A stretch of 60,770 nucleotides of DNA, the filler included. It is 4 parts of 4 records of this genome, joined end to end, with 100 filler letters (N's around TTAATTAATTAA, not from the genome) between each part and the next. Parts side by side here need not be neighbours in the genome. Positions count along the whole stretch, not along the records: positions 54,559 to 60,770 come from SRR20825006_734; 3 more parts are not named here. One strand, written 5' to 3'. Below, piece after piece: positions 59,507 to 60,770 of this stretch; the first letter of the stretch is position 1, and the number at the start of each line of letters is the position of its first letter. Position numbers and translations under genes: made by a program. The notes under the pieces are model-generated. The model worked only from the letters and a program-made list of their open reading frames with translations. It was not told the DNA's origin and did no database searches.

Positions 59507-59677
59507 TCAACCGGCCTTGTCCAGCTCGGATTGCAGTTCAGATGTTTCTGACTCGGAACAGCTGGCCCAGATGCTGCTGCATTCAGCACGTGCTTCTTCG
59601 ACCAGGGGTACTTCAGACACAATGGCGGCACCGGCAAAAATAGCCAGCGCCAAGGCGGCGTAGGTGAGTTTTTTCAT
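59507..59677 (-). CDS. 56-aa secreted Glu/Ser-rich peptide with a C-x6-C pair (candidate precursor)
   Basis: RBS AGGGGA 7 nt before the ATG. MKKLTYAALALAIFAGAAIVSEVPLVEEARAECSSIWASCSESETSELQSELDKAG. First gene of the operon. Confidence 0.78.
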   Translation of the reverse strand: MKKLTYAALALAIFAGAAIVSEVPLVEEARAECSSIWASCSESETSELQSELDKAG

Positions 59678-59750
59678 CACGATTTCCCCTATTAGATAAG
59701 TGTTCAGGCAATGCAGAGGCAATTATGGCGCTTGCCACCAAGCCAGGACA

Positions 59751-59767
59751 TACCTCAAATGGGGGTA
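59751..59767. promoter_or_regulatory. Imperfect inverted repeat TACCTCA-AAT-GGGGGTA, candidate activator site for the peptide operon
   Basis: Centred about 32 nt upstream of a minus-strand CATAAT -10 box (59722-59727) that has no good -35. Confidence 0.45.
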
Positions 59768-59889
59768 ATGTGTATGCGGGTTGTGTCAAAAGGTGCTGAT
59801 TGGCAAGAGATTCATGGGGCGCTTGCTGCGTAAGGGAAGCGGCCGGGCGGGTAGGTATAATTGTTATCGGCGAGAGATGGCCAGATACA

Positions 59890-59916
59890 AAAAAGGCGCC
59901 ACGAGGGCGCCTTTTT
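59890..59916 (-). terminator. Intrinsic terminator after the cold-shock gene
   Basis: AAAAAGGCGCC-ACGAG-GGCGCCTTTTT. Confidence 0.85.
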
Positions 59917-59931
59917 CACTGGAACGATCGC

Positions 59932-60138
59932 TTACAGAGCGACGATGTTCTCAGCCTGCGGGCCTTTCGGGCCCTGGGTCACGGTGAACTCAACCGCTTG
60001 GCCTTCAGCCAGGGTTTTGAAACCGGAACCGGTGATGGCGCTGAAGTGAGCGAAAACGTCTGGGCCGTTTTCCTGCTCCAGGAAACCAAAACCTTTTGCT
60101 TCGTTGAACCACTTAACGGTGCCTTTAACTGTAGACAT
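59932..60138 (-). CDS. cspA: Cold-shock protein (CspA family)
   Basis: [14 protein letters not shown] (RNP1), DVFAHFSAI (RNP2) and [10 protein letters not shown]. Confidence 0.95.
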   Translation of the reverse strand: MSTVKGTVKWFNEAKGFGFLEQENGPDVFAHFSAITGSGFKTLAEGQAVEFTVTQGPKGPQAENIVAL

Positions 60139-60447
60139 ATCTCTAATCCTGAAAAATGAAGTTTTGCCTTTTACGGCGGGTGTAGCTGAAAAACGGAGAC
60201 TTGGACTTCAGAACTGCAGGACGAGTTATACAATGTAAACAACGAAATGGAGTACGTGATTCAAGCGCGATCTTTTAGCTGGGCCAGAACATAACCGTAT
60301 TATCCCTCCGTGTACAGCTAAATCGTATCTGATTGACGTTCGGTAAGGGCTACCAGCGCTGATTGGGGGTGTGGCCCGCCCATGGCGGGGCGTGGCGAGA
60401 GCTGGTGGAGTGCTATGCTGGCGGTATCTAGCCAAAGAGAATCCGTC

Positions 60448-60770
60448 GTGCCTCCATTGACCTGGCTCAACAGAGCCCGTCCACAGAAATTGCCCTTCCG
60501 ACGCCGTGTCACCCGCGCCGCCGTGGCGCTGATTTATCGCGGGGAAATAACGGAGGGGGAGTTATTCTTTATCCAGCGGGCGCATCGGCCCGGGGATCCC
60601 TGGTCCGGTGATATGGCGTTTCCCGGTGGGCGCCTGCAAACCGGGGATACCTCCAGCCGGGACACCGCCATGCGTGAAACGGCGGAAGAAACCGGGCTGG
60701 ACCTGTACCAGAGTGGGCACTACCAGGAGCGCCTGACCGACCGGCTGACTCGCCACCACAGCCGCTGGCG
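60448..60770 (+). CDS. Nudix CoA pyrophosphatase (NudL-like), N-terminal part (runs off window end)
   Basis: Missing from the ORF track. Hand translation RAAVALI...FIQRAHRPGDPWSGDMAFPGGR...AMRETAEETGL. Start is 60448 (GTG) or 60415 (ATG). Confidence 0.88.
   Translation, partial: MPPLTWLNRARPQKLPFRRRVTRAAVALIYRGEITEGELFFIQRAHRPGDPWSGDMAFPGGRLQTGDTSSRDTAMRETAEETGLDLYQSGHYQERLTDRLTRHHSRW

Noticed and set aside
59467-59637. N-terminal 57 aa of the track's 240-aa ORF
   Set aside because: It overlaps the peptide gene in another frame and crosses the hairpin. ATG 59466 is the more plausible start.
60139-60310. Long cspA leader as an RNA thermosensor
   Set aside because: Plausible by analogy, but I cannot define the TSS or a structure from the sequence alone.

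Overview
The window is not one locus. It is four unrelated contigs joined by 100-nt artificial spacers (44 N + TTAATTAATTAA + 44 N) at 29181-29280, 37687-37786 and 54459-54558. (1) 1-29180 is a Flavobacteriaceae chromosome segment with Bacteroidota TAnnTTTG promoters. It carries mfd, a ligase-associated DNA damage response cluster, aspartate kinase, an OlsF-like acyltransferase, mgtE, rsmA, serS, a GGCX/HTTM-like gene, ribF, pth, rplY and prs. It ends in a disrupted tRNA-Leu copy, a GIY-YIG remnant and tRNA-Leu. (2) 29281-37686 is an alphaproteobacterial (Thalassospira-like, by inference) core locus: EVE-yciI-gpsA-tsaD, hemC-hemD-mitofilin-hemY and purH. (3) 37787-54458 is an AT-rich Bacteroidota polysaccharide utilisation locus (PUL): SusC/SusD, an arylsulfotransferase-like protein, three uncharacterised large proteins, AgaS and a tagatose-6-P kinase-like gene. 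It is bounded by two direct copies of one repeat. (4) 54559-60770 is a GC-rich gammaproteobacterial (Alcanivorax-like, by inference) segment with a PKD+PHP lipoprotein, cspA and the best candidate for a new system. That candidate is a four-gene operon encoding a 56-aa secreted Glu/Ser-rich two-Cys peptide, an SdpA-like protein, an HTTM/vitamin-K-carboxylase-like (SdpB-like) membrane protein and a DCC1 thiol-disulfide oxidoreductase, which together look like a putative peptide-modification (RiPP-like, possibly gamma-carboxylation) system. All family and taxonomic calls come from motif recognition by eye; no database searches were run.
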